The notes beneath the pieces were generated by a model, which was given only the letters and a program-made list of their open reading frames with translations, searched no databases and was not told the origin of the DNA. This document shows, piece by piece, positions 52,310 through 64,000 of a stretch of DNA of 64,000 nucleotides (position 1 is its first letter; each line of letters begins with the position of its first letter). Where the stretch lies: the NCBI RefSeq assembly GCF_018350175.1, contig NC_058369.1:24740001-24804000 (forward strand), read 5' to 3'. This stretch comes from Felis catus. Its lineage: Eukaryota. A program made the translations under genes and the position numbers.

Positions 52310-55300
52310 TTGTCCAACAGTTGGGAAATATTTTTCTCAGGCACACATGGATATTTACAAAAAGTGATTTGTGTTAGGCCATAAAGAAAGGCTCAGATAA
52401 AATTTAAATAGCTATTTTACAGTGATGTCTGACTACAAGTAACTTAGAAGTTTTAGAGATTTAAAAAAAGATTTTTTTTTTTTAACCTTTATTCATTTTT
52501 GAGAGACAGAGAGCAAGCATGAGTGGGGAAAGGGCAGGGAGAGAGAGACACAGAATTCGAAGCAGGCTCCAGGCTCCGAGCTGTCAGCAGCAGAACCCGA
52601 CCCGGGGCTCAAACTCATGAACTGCAAGATCATGACCTGAGCCAAAGTCAGACACTCAACCGACTGAGCCACCCAGGCGCCCGTGCAAAAAGAGATTTTT
52701 AAGTACTACATATGTATTTGGAAATTAAAAATCACACTACTGAATAACTTGAGTAAAAAAATCATAGTGGAAATCACAAATACTTGGAACAGAATTACAG
52801 TGTATATGCACACATCAGAAACACATCATAAGTTCAAGAGAAAGTGTATTATAAAAGAAAATCTTTAAATGCTAGGTGTCTAAAGAAGTTAGAAAAAGAA
52901 CAACAGAATAAATTATTTTTTTTAATGTGTATTTTTGAGAGAGAGGGTGTGCATGTGCACATATGCACAAGTTGGGGAGGGGCAGAGGGAAAGGGAGACA
53001 CAGAATCTGAAGCAGGCTCCAGTCTCCAGGCTGTCAGCACAGAGCCCAACGCGGGGCTCAAACTCACGAACTGTTAGATCATGACCTGAACTGAAGTTGG
53101 ACACTTACCCAACTGAGCCACGTAGGCGCCCTAAGAACAACAGAATAAATTTGAAGAAATCATGAAAATAAGGATACCCGTCCTAACCTAAAGCTGAAAG
53201 TTGCCTGTTTGGAAAGAAGTAATAAATCTCTAGGAAAGATGATCAAGAAGATAAAAATTATGAGTGGTATAATTACAGAGAGTAATCAATAGTGAATATC
53301 TTATGCCAACAATTCTGAAAACCTTGGTGAAATGGACAAATTACTATAAAAATTATAACTTAAAGGAACTGACTTAAAAGGAAACCGAAAGCTTGAATAA
53401 TCCTGTTACTGTTAAAGGTAGATCTAGTTAGAAAGATTTTCCCACAAGAGATGCAAAATACCCAAGTGATTTTACTAACAGTTTGTACCAAACTCTATTC
53501 ACATGATCAGGCAGTAAAAATATGGAATAGCTCCCAATTAATTCTATAAGACTGTGTAAACTTGGTATTAAAGCCAGAAAAATACAAAACAAAAAAGGAA
53601 AATAAAGTTTATTTTGTTCAGGAATATATACCCAAAAATTCTAAAGAAAATATTCCCAATTAAAATTTAGTAATATATAGAAAGGCGATAATATATCATG
53701 ACTAAGGCAGATTTTTGCTAGGTAGTTAAGGAAATATTTCAAAATCCACAATAGGGAAGAGAGAGAGGGAGGGAAGCAAACCATAAGAGACTCTTTAAAG
53801 ATAGAGAACAAACTGAGGGTTGATGGAGGGGCAGGGGGGAATGGGCTAAACGGGTGACGGGCATTAAGGAGGGCACTTGTTATGGTGAGTACTGGGTGTT
53901 ACATGTAAGTGATAAATCACTAGTTTTTACCCCTGAAACCAATATTATGCTGTATTTTAACTAAAGTCTAAATAAAAATTTGGAGAAAAAAATCCATTTT
54001 CTTATAGACTCCAAAATAAAATAAAATCCACAAGTATATTATACCATTTTAATAACAAAAGAAAACATTTCAATAGGTGCAGAAAAAGCACTTGATAAAA
54101 TTTAACCCCAGTTAAGGAATTTCCAATGAGTATTTAAAAAAACAAATCAAAACACTACCACATGTTGGAAAAACTGGATAGCTACATGCAAAAGAATGAA
54201 ACTGGACCAGTTTCTTACACCATACACAAAAATAAACTCAAAATGGATTAAGGACCCAAACTTGAGACCTGAAACCGTAAAAATCCTAGAAAGGAGCGCA
54301 GGCAGTAATTTCTGTGACATCGGCCATAGCAACATTTTTTTTTTTTTTTTTAGATTTCATCTCAGGCAAGAGAAACAAAAGCAAAAATAAACTATTGGGA
54401 CTTCCTCAAAGTAAAAAGCTTCTGTATAGTAAAGGAGATAATCAACAAAACTAAAAGACAACCTACTGAGTGGGAGAAGATATTTGCAAATGACAAAACT
54501 GATAAAGGTTTAGTGTCCAAAATAGATAAAGCACTTATGCAAGTTCAACACCAAAAAAACCCAAATAATGCAATTCAAAAATGAGCAGAAGACATGAACA
54601 GAAATTTCTCAAAGATACTCAGCATCACTTATCATCAGGGAAATGCAAATCAAAAACACAAACGAGCATTGGTGAAGATGTGGAGAAAAAGGAACTCTCA
54701 TGCACTGTTGGTGGGAATGCAAACTGGTGCCGCCACTGTGGAAAACAGTATGCTCCAAAAATTAAAGATAGAACTACTATATGATCCAGAAATCGCATTA
54801 CAGGGTATTTACCCAAAGAATATGAAAACACTAATTTGAAAGGATATATGCATCCCAGTGTTCATTGCAGCATTATTACAATAGCCAAATTATGGAAGCA
54901 GGCCCAAGTATCCATTGATAGATGAATGGATAAAGAACATGTGTTATATATGTACAGTGGAATGTTACTCAGCCATAAAAAAGAATGTAATCTTGCCATT
55001 TGCAACATGGATGGAGCTAGAGAGTATAATACTAAGTGAAATAAATCAGAGAATGACAAATACCGTATGATTTTACCCAAATGTGAATATAAGAAACCAA
55101 CAAAGAAGAAAAAGCAAACTGAAAAATAGACTCTTCATTATAGAGAACAAACTAGTGGTTACCAGAGGGGGGATGGGTGAAATAGGTGGAGGGGATTAAG
55201 AGTATACTTGATGAGCACTGAGTAATGTGTAGAATTGTTGAATCACTATATTGTACATCTGAAACTAGTAGAACATTGTATGTTAACTATACTGGAGTTA

Positions 55301-57470
55301 AAAAACAAAACCCTAAAGCTAACATCCTAAGTGAGAAATTTTAGATGTATTCCATAAGGAGATAAGATGTTCAAATTATTATTTGTTATTGATTGGTCCT
55401 AGCCAGTATAGCAAGACAAGGGGACAAAATTAAGTCATAAGAACTGGAAAAGAAAAACTAAAAGTGTAATGGTTTTTCATTTTATAGAAATAAAACCTAA
55501 AACATCTATGGACAAAAAGTGAGGATTAATAATTTGAAAGGCCATAAAATTTTAACAAATTTCATAGGTTCAGATTACACAGAATATGTTACCTGATCAC
55601 AGTGGAATTGAGCTAGATATCAGTAACAAATAGTAAAAAGAAAATTTCCAAATGTTTAATATTTAAGCAATATAGTTCTGTGTGAATGAAAAACAAAGTA
55701 TATGAACTCTGAAAATGAAAATATTGCTTATAAAAACATGGGTTTTCTGTGCTTAGAGGTAAGTTTATAGGCTTAAATCCATTTCTCGAAAAAGGAAGAC
55801 TGGAAGACAAAACATTAATGATCTAAGTAATTCATTCAAGAAGTTAGAGAAAGAAGAGCAAAAATTATACCCAAAACAAGTAGAAGGAGGGAAATAAGAT
55901 CAGAGTGGATATTAGTAAAATTGGAAATAAATATACAGAATATAAGAGAATTAACAGTAGTCCTTTATAAAGGTGTTTAAATTGATAAACCCCGTGTGAA
56001 GACTGGCATGAGTGAAAAAGGGGATACCACTAAAGGGTCTGTGGACATTAAAAAGGTAAGAATGGGAGTACCTGGTAGCTCAGTTGGTTGAGCATCTGAT
56101 TTCAGCTTAGGTCATGGTCTCACGGATCCTGAGTTTGACCCTCACATTGGGCTCCCTGCTGCCAGTATGGAGCTTGCTTCAGATCCTCTGTCCCCCTCTC
56201 CCTCTACCCCTCCCAAGCTTGTGCTCACTCTTTCTCAAAAATAAGCTTAAAAAAAAGGTAAGAGAATACATGAACTTTTGTCAGTACGTTAGAGAATTTA
56301 TGAAAATGGACAAAATATTAGAAAAAACAAATTACTAAAATTGACACATGAAATGGAAAATCTTGGTGAACCTATTTATTAAAGAGCTGGACTCCATCAT
56401 TAAAAATCTCACAAAATAAACCCAAGGCCCAGACATTTTTATTGGTGAATTCTTCCACGTAATTAAAGTAGAAGAGAAAGCTTTTCAAGGTTTATGAGAG
56501 TGGAATAAACAAAACCTGATACTCAAAGCTGATGAGACAAATATTTTGATATGAAAACTTGACAGTACAAGAAAGAGAAGAATTTTAAATGGTACATCAT
56601 GATGAGTTGGGTTTATTCAAGGAACACAGGCTGGGTTTAACATTCAGAAGTCAATGATACTCCCTTGTATTTTGAGGAATGACAGGTAAATTTAATCAAA
56701 GGGTTAAGATATAAAAATATGCTGACATCAAGGACACAACACTGGTGGCCCAAATGTCCACCAACTGATGAATGGATAAAGAAGGTGTATATATTTATAC
56801 ATACACACACAATGGAATGCTACTTGGTGATGAAAAGTAATGGAACCTTGCTGTTTGCAACAATGTGGATAGAACTGGAGGGTATTATGATAAGCGAAAT
56901 AAGTCAATCAGAGAAAGATATCCTATGATTTCACTCATGTGCAATTTGAGAAACTCAACAGATGAGCATAGGGGAAGGGAAGGAAAAATAAGATAAAAAC
57001 AAAGAGGGAGGCAAACCATAAGAGACTCTTAAATACAGAGAACAAAACTGAGGGTTGCTGGGGCGGGGCGGGAGGGTGGCAGTTGGGTTAAATGGGTGAT
57101 GGGCATTAAGGACGGTACTTTTTGGGATGAGCACTGGGTGTCATATGGTAAGAGATGAATCACTGGGCTCTACTGAAGCCAAGACTATATGTTAACTAAC
57201 TTGAAAATAAATTTAAAAAGTTCTCTTTGAGGGCACCTGGGTGGCTTAGTTGGTTAAGTGTCTGACTTTGGCTCAGGTCACGATCTCAGGGTTTGTGGGT
57301 TTGCGCTTTCTCTCTCTCTCTCACTCTCTCAAACTTTAAAAAGTACTCTGCGAATATTACTGTTAGATTATAAAATACATGGAGAAAATATTTGCAAATT
57401 ACCTGATAAAGGGCTGTATCTAGACTATATCTTTTAAAACCCCCAAAATTCAGTAATAACTAATTTTTAA
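52310..57470 (+). mobile_element. Cluster of old L1 fragments with nested carnivore L1 3' ends (about 53750-53990, 54160-55310, 56745-57220) and SINEs
   Basis: ORF 54196..54390 ([20 protein letters not shown]) and ORF 56719..56928 (PKCPPTDEWIKK) are L1 ORF2 peptides. Confidence 0.85.
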
Positions 57471-57472
57471 AA

Positions 57473-57654
57473 TTTCTTTAAGTCTATTTTGAGAGAGAGT
57501 GTGAGCAGGGGAGGGGCAGAGAGAGAATCCCAAGCAGGTTCTGTGACATTAGCACAGAGCCTGACATGGGACTCAAACCTGTGAACCGTGAGATCATGAC
57601 CTGAGCTGAAATTAAGAGTTGGACGCTCAACCGACTGAGCCACCCAGGTGCCCC
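57473..57654 (-). mobile_element. CanSINE (antisense) in CCDC66 intron 7
   Basis: Ends with ...ccgactgagccacccaggtgcccc, the reverse complement of the SINE head. Confidence 0.9.
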
Positions 57655-59202
57655 AAGAGAAAATAATAATTTTAAGTGTTTCCTAGTAAGTTAGAGAAGT
57701 AAAACGAATTATTCAAGTGGTAAGGAAGTTATAAGACATCCTTGAGTAGGAAGTGGAAGACTGAATTAAAAACTGATTTTTTTTTAATTATTTTTTAATT
57801 TACATCCAAATTAGCATATAGTACAACAGTGATTTCAGGAGTAGATTCCTTAATGCCTCTTACCCATTTAGCCCATCCCTCCTCCCCCAGCCCATCCAGC
57901 AACCCTCTCTTTGTTCTCTATATTTAAGAGAAATGAACTCATTAAGTTTTCCATAGGGTTGTAAAGACACGTATACAAAACATTTTGTGAGTGATTTTAG
58001 GAATTTTCAAGGGTAATTTTGACTTGTACCTAAACTGAATAATTAGTAACTCGACTGAAATTTGAAACCACGTCTAGTTAAATCAGACTTAAACAGATGA
58101 CAGAGTCTAAAATGATTGAGTGCCATGTTGAGAAAGTCTTGTAAGGAGGTAAAAAGGGACATTTGCTTCTTTTCCATTTTGATCTTCAAAATCATATTTC
58201 TAGAAATAGAATTGTTGAATTACTTACTTGAAGATAATGCTTCTTTTGAAGTGACTCTTTTAGGCTTAAGGAAATGTGATGGTTTTTATCTCTTTAAAAC
58301 ATGTAAGAATACATGAGATACTAAAATTTTTTCTTGTTGTATAAATATTTCCTTCCTTTAACTAAAGCAGTTTGTCAATTGCCATTGTTTCTGTTAAAAA
58401 CAAAGGTAGAAAGTAGCATTATGAGATATATTGTGACTGTAGTAGTCTATCAAGCTGTTTTTTTAATTATGTCCTGCAGTTATTTCGTATAACAGTATGT
58501 TTGTTACTTAGCTGGTGCATTTCAGGACAGTTTGAGTAGTATATATTATTTTCTTTTTGTTAGAGTATCCTAAATTTTCATAAATTAAGAAGCAACAAAT
58601 TTTTATGCTACTATTCTAATTTTTGTTTTTTTCTTAGAATTCAAGGACTTAACCTAGACACAATATGTTTATCTTATTGAAATGTCATCTACTGTGATAA
58701 GGCTGTAGCAGTAGAAATGGAAAAGAGGGATCTCTAGAGAGACATTATGATTCAATAGAGAAAGCCTCTGGTACTCATATCTTCCTGGCTCTTGGTCCAG
58801 AGGCAGTATTTCCTGTGTTCTGAAGCCATATGTAAAACAGTATTTTACATCTAACTTAAATGATCAGTAACTCCTTTCAAAGTCTAAATGAGACTATTAG
58901 GAAAAACTTTTAAAAATCTTATAATTATTTTAGAAAAAGAATTTTTTATTATAAAATTCCTTTTTTTACATTTAGTTACCTTACTGTGTTCTCTACTTCT
59001 GTATGTTACAAGTATGATTCTAGAAATTGGAATAGATCTATTTAATTGTATAACTCAAATTTTTTTCTTTAAAATTATTGTTCCTCTTAGAGATCAGTGC
59101 CTTTCTGCTTAAATCTATATAAGTTCTTGGCAAGATTTATAAATATAAAGTGGTTACAAAAAGAGAAGCGAACTTCAGCTAGTATTGATGACTCTTGTTT
59201 AG

Positions 59203-59334
59203 GACGCAGTACCACTGGAGCACTCTTTCAATGCTGTGAAACAAGAACAGCAGAGAAAATGGATCGAAGATTTGAACAAACAAATAGAGGATGATCGGCA
59301 AAGAAAAACAGAGGAAAAAATTACATCTTCAAAG
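59203..59334 (+). CDS. CCDC66: CCDC66 exon 8 (DAVPLEHSFNAVKQEQQRKWIEDLNKQIEDDRQRKTEEKITSSK)
   Basis: tcttgtttag| acceptor and AAG|gtaagg donor; 132 nt, phase 0/0. Confidence 0.93.
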
Positions 59335-59656
59335 GTAAGGTGGCAAATATATGTGGATATAAAGGTGAAAAAAATAATTTCAAAGTCTTTAATCATAAAC
59401 ATAAAAATATCCTGAAACTATTTGACAAGACTACACTATTCAAATTCTTACACAGTTGTTCTTCTGAAACTTTTATCGAATGCATTTAGTGTGATTTTGC
59501 ATACTTAAAACTAACTTCTTAGGAATTTCCTAATTCTTTGAATTTCTCATATTCTTGAAGCTAGTTACTGAAATGTATATGGAATCAATAAAGAATGTAG
59601 TTTCATTAATTTTATTCTTACTCTGTTCTGTGGTAACTTTTAAAAATCGTGTTTGA

Positions 59657-59840
59657 GGGGCGCCTAGGTGGCTCAGTCGGCTAAGGATCCGACTCTTGAT
59701 TTCGGCTCAGGTCATGATCTCATGGTTTGTGGGTTTGAGCCCTGCATCGTGCTGTGCACTGACAGTGTGGAACCAGCTTGGCATTCTCTCTCTCCCTCTC
59801 TCTGCACCCCCCCTCCCCCACAGAATAAACAAATATTAAA
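59657..59840 (+). mobile_element. CanSINE (sense) in CCDC66 intron 8
   Basis: ggggcgcctaggtggctcagtcgg head with CT tract and A-rich tail. Confidence 0.9.
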
Positions 59841-59930
59841 ATTTTTTTTTAAAATTGTGTTTGTTGTATAGGACTTTATACATGTGAACAATTGGAAAAA
59901 TTCTTAGTAATTCTTACTTATCATGATTAG

Positions 59931-60181
59931 GGTGAGGAACATGACAGATGGACAGTGCATTTTGGTTCATTAAAGAACTATCCTGCTTCTCAGTCTCAAC
60001 TCTCCTCTCGGTCAACATACAACCAACCAGAGTACTTCTGTGTCTCTCCGGACACTCAGGAGCTGGCTGATATCAACAGTGTTTATACACCTATGAGTGG
60101 AAGCCAGGTTGAACCTTCAGAGGAGGAACATACAGCAAAACCTCTTAGAGATACGACTATGGCAAATAGTCAGAAAACGAA
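59931..60181 (+). CDS. CCDC66: CCDC66 exon 9 (GEEHDRWTVHFGSLKNYP...MANSQKT)
   Basis: catgattag| acceptor and AA|gtaagt donor; 251 nt, phase 0 to 2; overlaps ORF 59955..60185. Confidence 0.93.
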
Positions 60182-60399
60182 GTAAGTTTATTCTTCAGTA
60201 TTGATTGATGTTTAAGAAAGTCTGTGCTTTATTAAAAGAGCTGTTGTTATATTTATAATATGTCTTAATTGATTTTAGGTTTGGTATTTTTGTTTAAAGT
60301 ATAAATGAATAGTGGATATATCTGAAACAAAAGTGATTTAGCACCTTGTTAAACCCACCTTTTGGGGGTTTTGAATAGCTAAAGTGTCTGTCTTGCCAG

Positions 60400-60484
60400 T
60401 TTTCTCCGTTCTATGACTGCTCTCTTGGACCCAGCTCAGATTGAAGAACGTGACAGGCGACGACAAAAACAGTTAGAACATCAG
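60400..60484 (+). CDS. CCDC66: CCDC66 exon 10 (NFLRSMTALLDPAQIEERDRRRQKQLEHQ), start of the conserved coiled-coil region
   Basis: tgtcttgccag| acceptor and CAG|gtattg donor; 85 nt, phase 2 to 0. Confidence 0.93.
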
Positions 60485-61018
60485 GTATTGCACTGTAAAA
60501 TATTGTTCTTTGCCTTAATAAATAATAGTCATAGCCAGCAGATACCTAAATAAATGGCAGTTAAAATTTCAGTGTAAATGTGTAGCACAGGCCCTGTCCA
60601 ATCCTGTGATAAATCTAATTCTTACTTCAACTGGCATTATAGTAAAATTAAATTCATGCCAAGAACTAGACAGTATCATGTAGTACAGCCAGCCACCTGC
60701 CTGCCAGAAGAGGTCTTTAAAATGTAAGTTGCACATATGAAATGGCACTAAGTCTTAAGTTAATATTGGTTATTTTTTTTCATTGGTTTAGTTCTCCTGA
60801 ATTCTGTTCAGGATAAGAATTAGTTCTTTGTAAGGGAATTATATAGGGCATTGAAGTAGAATTCTGATTGAGAAATCTAGCAGACAACGTAAGAAAGGAG
60901 ACTAAGATTTAATTTCTCTCCTAATTTTAGTCTAACACTAAAGGGACTTAAAATTCTGAATAATTCTTTAAAATCACTGATACATGAAGAATTCAGTTTA
61001 ATTAAAAATGTTACTCTT

Positions 61019-61228
61019 GGGGCGTGTGGATGGCTCAGTTGATTGAGCGTCTGACTTTGGCTCAGGTTATGATGTCAGGGTTTGTGAGTTTGAGTCCTGC
61101 GTCGGGCTCTGTGCTGACAGCTCAGAGCCTGGAGCCTGCTTCAGATTCTGTGTCTCCCTCGCTGTCTGCCCCTCCCCCACTTGTGCTCTTTCTCTCTCTC
61201 TCAAAAATAAGTATTACAAACTTTTTTA
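61019..61228 (+). mobile_element. CanSINE (sense) in CCDC66 intron 10
   Basis: ggggcgtgtggatggctcagttg head; imperfect TSD aa(a/t)aatg(t/g)tactctt. Confidence 0.9.
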
Positions 61229-61557
61229 AATAATGGTACTCTTAGTTTAGTGAACAGATATTTATAGAGTATCTGTTGCTTACCAGGCATTATGCTAAGC
61301 ACTAAGCACTCAGCTGTTTCTGGATTAGTTCTTCTAGCAGCCCTCCTGGGGTTAAAGAAAAAGCATATGTAGAACTTGACAGATGAGATGGGAGAAATAG
61401 ATTGGGAATTTGACAATTTAACTTTACTTATATATATGTAATACTGTATTGTGTATCACCTGATACTGATAAGCTTATTTTAGGAATATAAACAAATGCT
61501 AAAAATGGATTTTTTAATTTGTAACAGTAATTTGTGTCATTTATGATTTATGACCAG

Positions 61558-61719
61558 AAAGCTATCACTGCTCAGGTAGAGGAGAAACGCAGGAAGAAAC
61601 AGCTGGAAGAACAGCAAAGAAAGAAGGAAGAACAAGAAGAGGAGTGTCGCTTAGCACGGGAGCGAGAAGAAATGCAGAAGCAGTATGAAGAAGACATACT
61701 TAAGCAAAAACAAAAGGAA
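61558..61719 (+). CDS. CCDC66: CCDC66 exon 11 (KAITAQVEEKRRKKQLEE...EEDILKQKQKE), coiled coil; gene continues beyond the window
   Basis: tgaccag| acceptor and GAA|gtaagt donor; 162 nt, E/K/Q/R-rich; no stop codon is reached within the window. Confidence 0.93.
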
Positions 61720-61744
61720 GTAAGTATTTATATATTAAAAAAAT

Positions 61745-63405
61745 TTTTTTTATTGAAATACAGTTGACACACAATGGTAGTTTCAGCTATACAAAATAGT
61801 GATTCAGCAGTGCTGTATGTTATGTGTGTTTGTAGGTACCATCTGTCATCATACACACTATTAGAGTACCATTGACTATATTCCCTATGTTGTAGCTTTC
61901 ATCTCCATGACTTATTCGTTACATAACTGGAACCCTGTACCTTCCACTCCTCTTCACCCGTTTACTGACTCCATCCTACTACCAGTTTGTGGGGCTGTTT
62001 TTGTGTTTGTGTGGGGTTTTTTGTTTTGCTTTTCATTTAATATTTTTTAGATTCCACATGTAAGTGACTTCATATGGTATTTGTCTTTCCCATCTGACTT
62101 ATTTTGCTTAGTATAATACCCTCTAGGTCCATGCATGTTAGTGCAAATGTCAAGATCTCATTCTTTCTTATGGTCGAAAAATATAGAATATGTATACACC
62201 ACATCTTCTTTATCCATTCATCTACCTATGGATACTTCGGTTGCTTCCATATTTGGGCTGTTGTAAATAATGCTGCAATAAACATAGGAGTGCATATCTC
62301 TCTTGTTTCCTCAGGCAGATACTCAGTAGTGGAATTATTGGATTGTATGGTAGTGCTATTTTTAGTTTTTTGAGGAAAGTTCATACTGTTCCGCAATGGC
62401 TGTACCGATTTCCATTCTCACCAACAGTGTATGAAAGTTCCCTTTTTTCTACATCCTCACCAACACTTGTTATTTCTTGTCTTTTTGATATTAACCAGTC
62501 TGAGCAATGTGAGATGGTATAATTATGGTTTTGATTTGCATTTCCCTGTCGTTGAGCATCTTTTCCTGTGTTTGTTGGTCATCTGTGTCTTTGGAAAAAC
62601 CTCTATTTGAATCTTCTGCCCTTTTTTTAAAAAATCAAGTTATTTGAGGTTTAGGTTGTTGTTGTATAACTTCTGTATGTATTTTAACTCTTTTTCACAT
62701 ACATTGTTTATAGATAACCTTCGCATTCAGTAAGTTGCCTTTTGTGGATGGTCAGAAGTATTTTATTTTGATGTAATCCCAACAGTTTATTTTTACTTTT
62801 GTTTCTGTAGCTTGAGGAGACATATCTAGAAAATTGTTGCTAAGGCCAGTGTCCAAAAGGTTACTACCTATGTTTCTTTAAGGAGTTTTATGGTTTTAGG
62901 TCTTACAATTTAGATCTGTAATCCATTTTGAGTTTATTTTTGTGTATGGTGAAGGAAGTGGTCCAGTTTCATTCTTGTGCTTGTAACTGTCCAGTTTTCC
63001 CAGCACTATTTGTTGAAGTGACTTCTTTTTCCCATTGCATATTCTTGCCTCTGTTGTAGATTAGTTGACCATATTAAGCATGGTTTTATTCCTGGGCACT
63101 CTATCCTCTTTGATCTCTGTCTGTTTTGTGCCATTACTATCCTATTTTGATTACTAAAGCTTTGTAGTATATATACTTCAAATCTGAGATTGTGATACCT
63201 TTAGTTTTGTTCTTCTTTGTCAAATTACATTGGCTATTTGGGATCCTTTGTGGTTCCATACAAGTTTTAGGATTATTTGTTCTAGTTCTGGGAAAAATAC
63301 TATTGGTGTTTTGATAGGGACTGCATTGAATCTGTAGATTGCTTTGGATAGAATGGACTTTTAGCAGTGTTAATTCTTCCAGCCCATGAACATGGTAATA
63401 TTTAC
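61745..63405 (-). mobile_element. Carnivore L1 3' fragment in CCDC66 intron 11
   Basis: Antisense L1 3' UTR/ORF2 motifs (tagattccacatgtaagtga, tttatccattcatcta, gtggtccagtttcattct). Confidence 0.88.
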
Positions 63406-64000
63406 ATTATAAATAATATTTTAGAGTAAAAAATTGATTTTTTTAAGCTTATTTATTTTGACAAAGAAAGCATGTTTGAGTGGGGGAGGGGCAGAAAGAA
63501 GGGGAGAGAGAAGCCCAAGCAGGCTCCATAAGCAGCGCCGAGCCTGATGTAGGGCTTGATCTCACAATGGTAAGATCATGACCTGAACCAAAATCAGGAG
63601 TCTGATGCTTAACTAACTGAGCCACCCAGGTACCCCAGTAAGAGTCTTTTCAAAAAGAGTAGATCTCTGGTTGGCTAGGAAAACATCTCTGTTAAGTGGC
63701 ACAGATAGCCTAGGTATGGTTGTGTCAAGTACCATGTCATACAGTGACATTTGATTGCCAAGGATTTGGGAGGTTTGGAGAAGAGCCTTAGAGCCTTTTC
63801 TCTGGAGCTGGGAGATGGGTCTAAGAGCCTGCATTTTCTTGATTTTTCCCATTTGCAGCCTTCACTCCACACTTAGCTGATGAAACAGCATATGGTCGGG
63901 GTTCTAATTTGATTATGTTGAATAGGCTGAGCTAACTACTCCTATGAAATAACTGTATACATGAAAAAAAATCTAAGTATCGTGTGCTTGAATTGCAAGA

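Larger units (their letters stand above)
1..63636. mobile_element. Dispersed CanSINE family (roughly 50 copies on both strands; aggregate entry)
   Basis: Recurrent GGGGCGCCTGGGTGGCTCAGTCGGTT head, GTTCGAGCCCC B-box, (CT)n tract and AATAAA/A tail. Approximate examples: 256-460+, 1247-1490+, 2551-2780+, 12443-12665+, 13440-13657-, 15852-16079+, 24606-24818-, 29515-29742-, 35480-35939- (tandem), 45176-45420+, 46895-47115-, 48765-49216- (tandem). Confidence 0.95.

Noticed and set aside
58620..58680. Strong acceptor-like tract ttttgttttttcttag upstream of exon 8
   Set aside because: No convincing downstream donor or conserved peptide seen.
1..64000. Recurrent short ORFs such as MAQSVKHLTSAQVMISRS... 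and MGQRETEHE... that look like a gene family or CRISPR-like repeats
   Set aside because: They are translations of dispersed CanSINE copies with irregular spacing and both orientations; there is no spacer array or cas gene.

Overview
Mammalian genomic DNA, almost certainly from a cat-family carnivore: it carries dozens of tRNA-derived CanSINEs, including young felid-type copies, plus carnivore L1s. Positions 1-30,800 are intergenic and dominated by transposable elements (CanSINE, L1, L2, MIR, MaLR/ERV solo LTRs, Tigger and hAT relics). A CpG-island promoter at about 30.85-31.6 kb starts CCDC66 on the + strand. I traced 11 coding exons with GT-AG boundaries and consistent phases (1,569 nt, 523 codons); the gene continues past the window. 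The most interesting observations are: (1) exons 8-10 form a 468-nt, phase-0, stop-free block flanked by inverted CanSINEs, matching the size I recall for human circCCDC66, so a circle would be an endless ORF; (2) an extra in-frame cassette exon of 102 nt (or 45 nt) in intron 7; (3) an orphan polyadenylated retro-insertion of non-repeat sequence in intron 3; (4) a diverged ~260-bp direct repeat upstream; (5) a nested LTR/DNA-transposon cluster containing an inverted pair of same-family LTRs. No prokaryotic-type system, CRISPR array or RNA gene is supported. Most ORF-track entries are repeat-derived noise. Repeat family names and human/dog comparisons come from memory, not from a database search.
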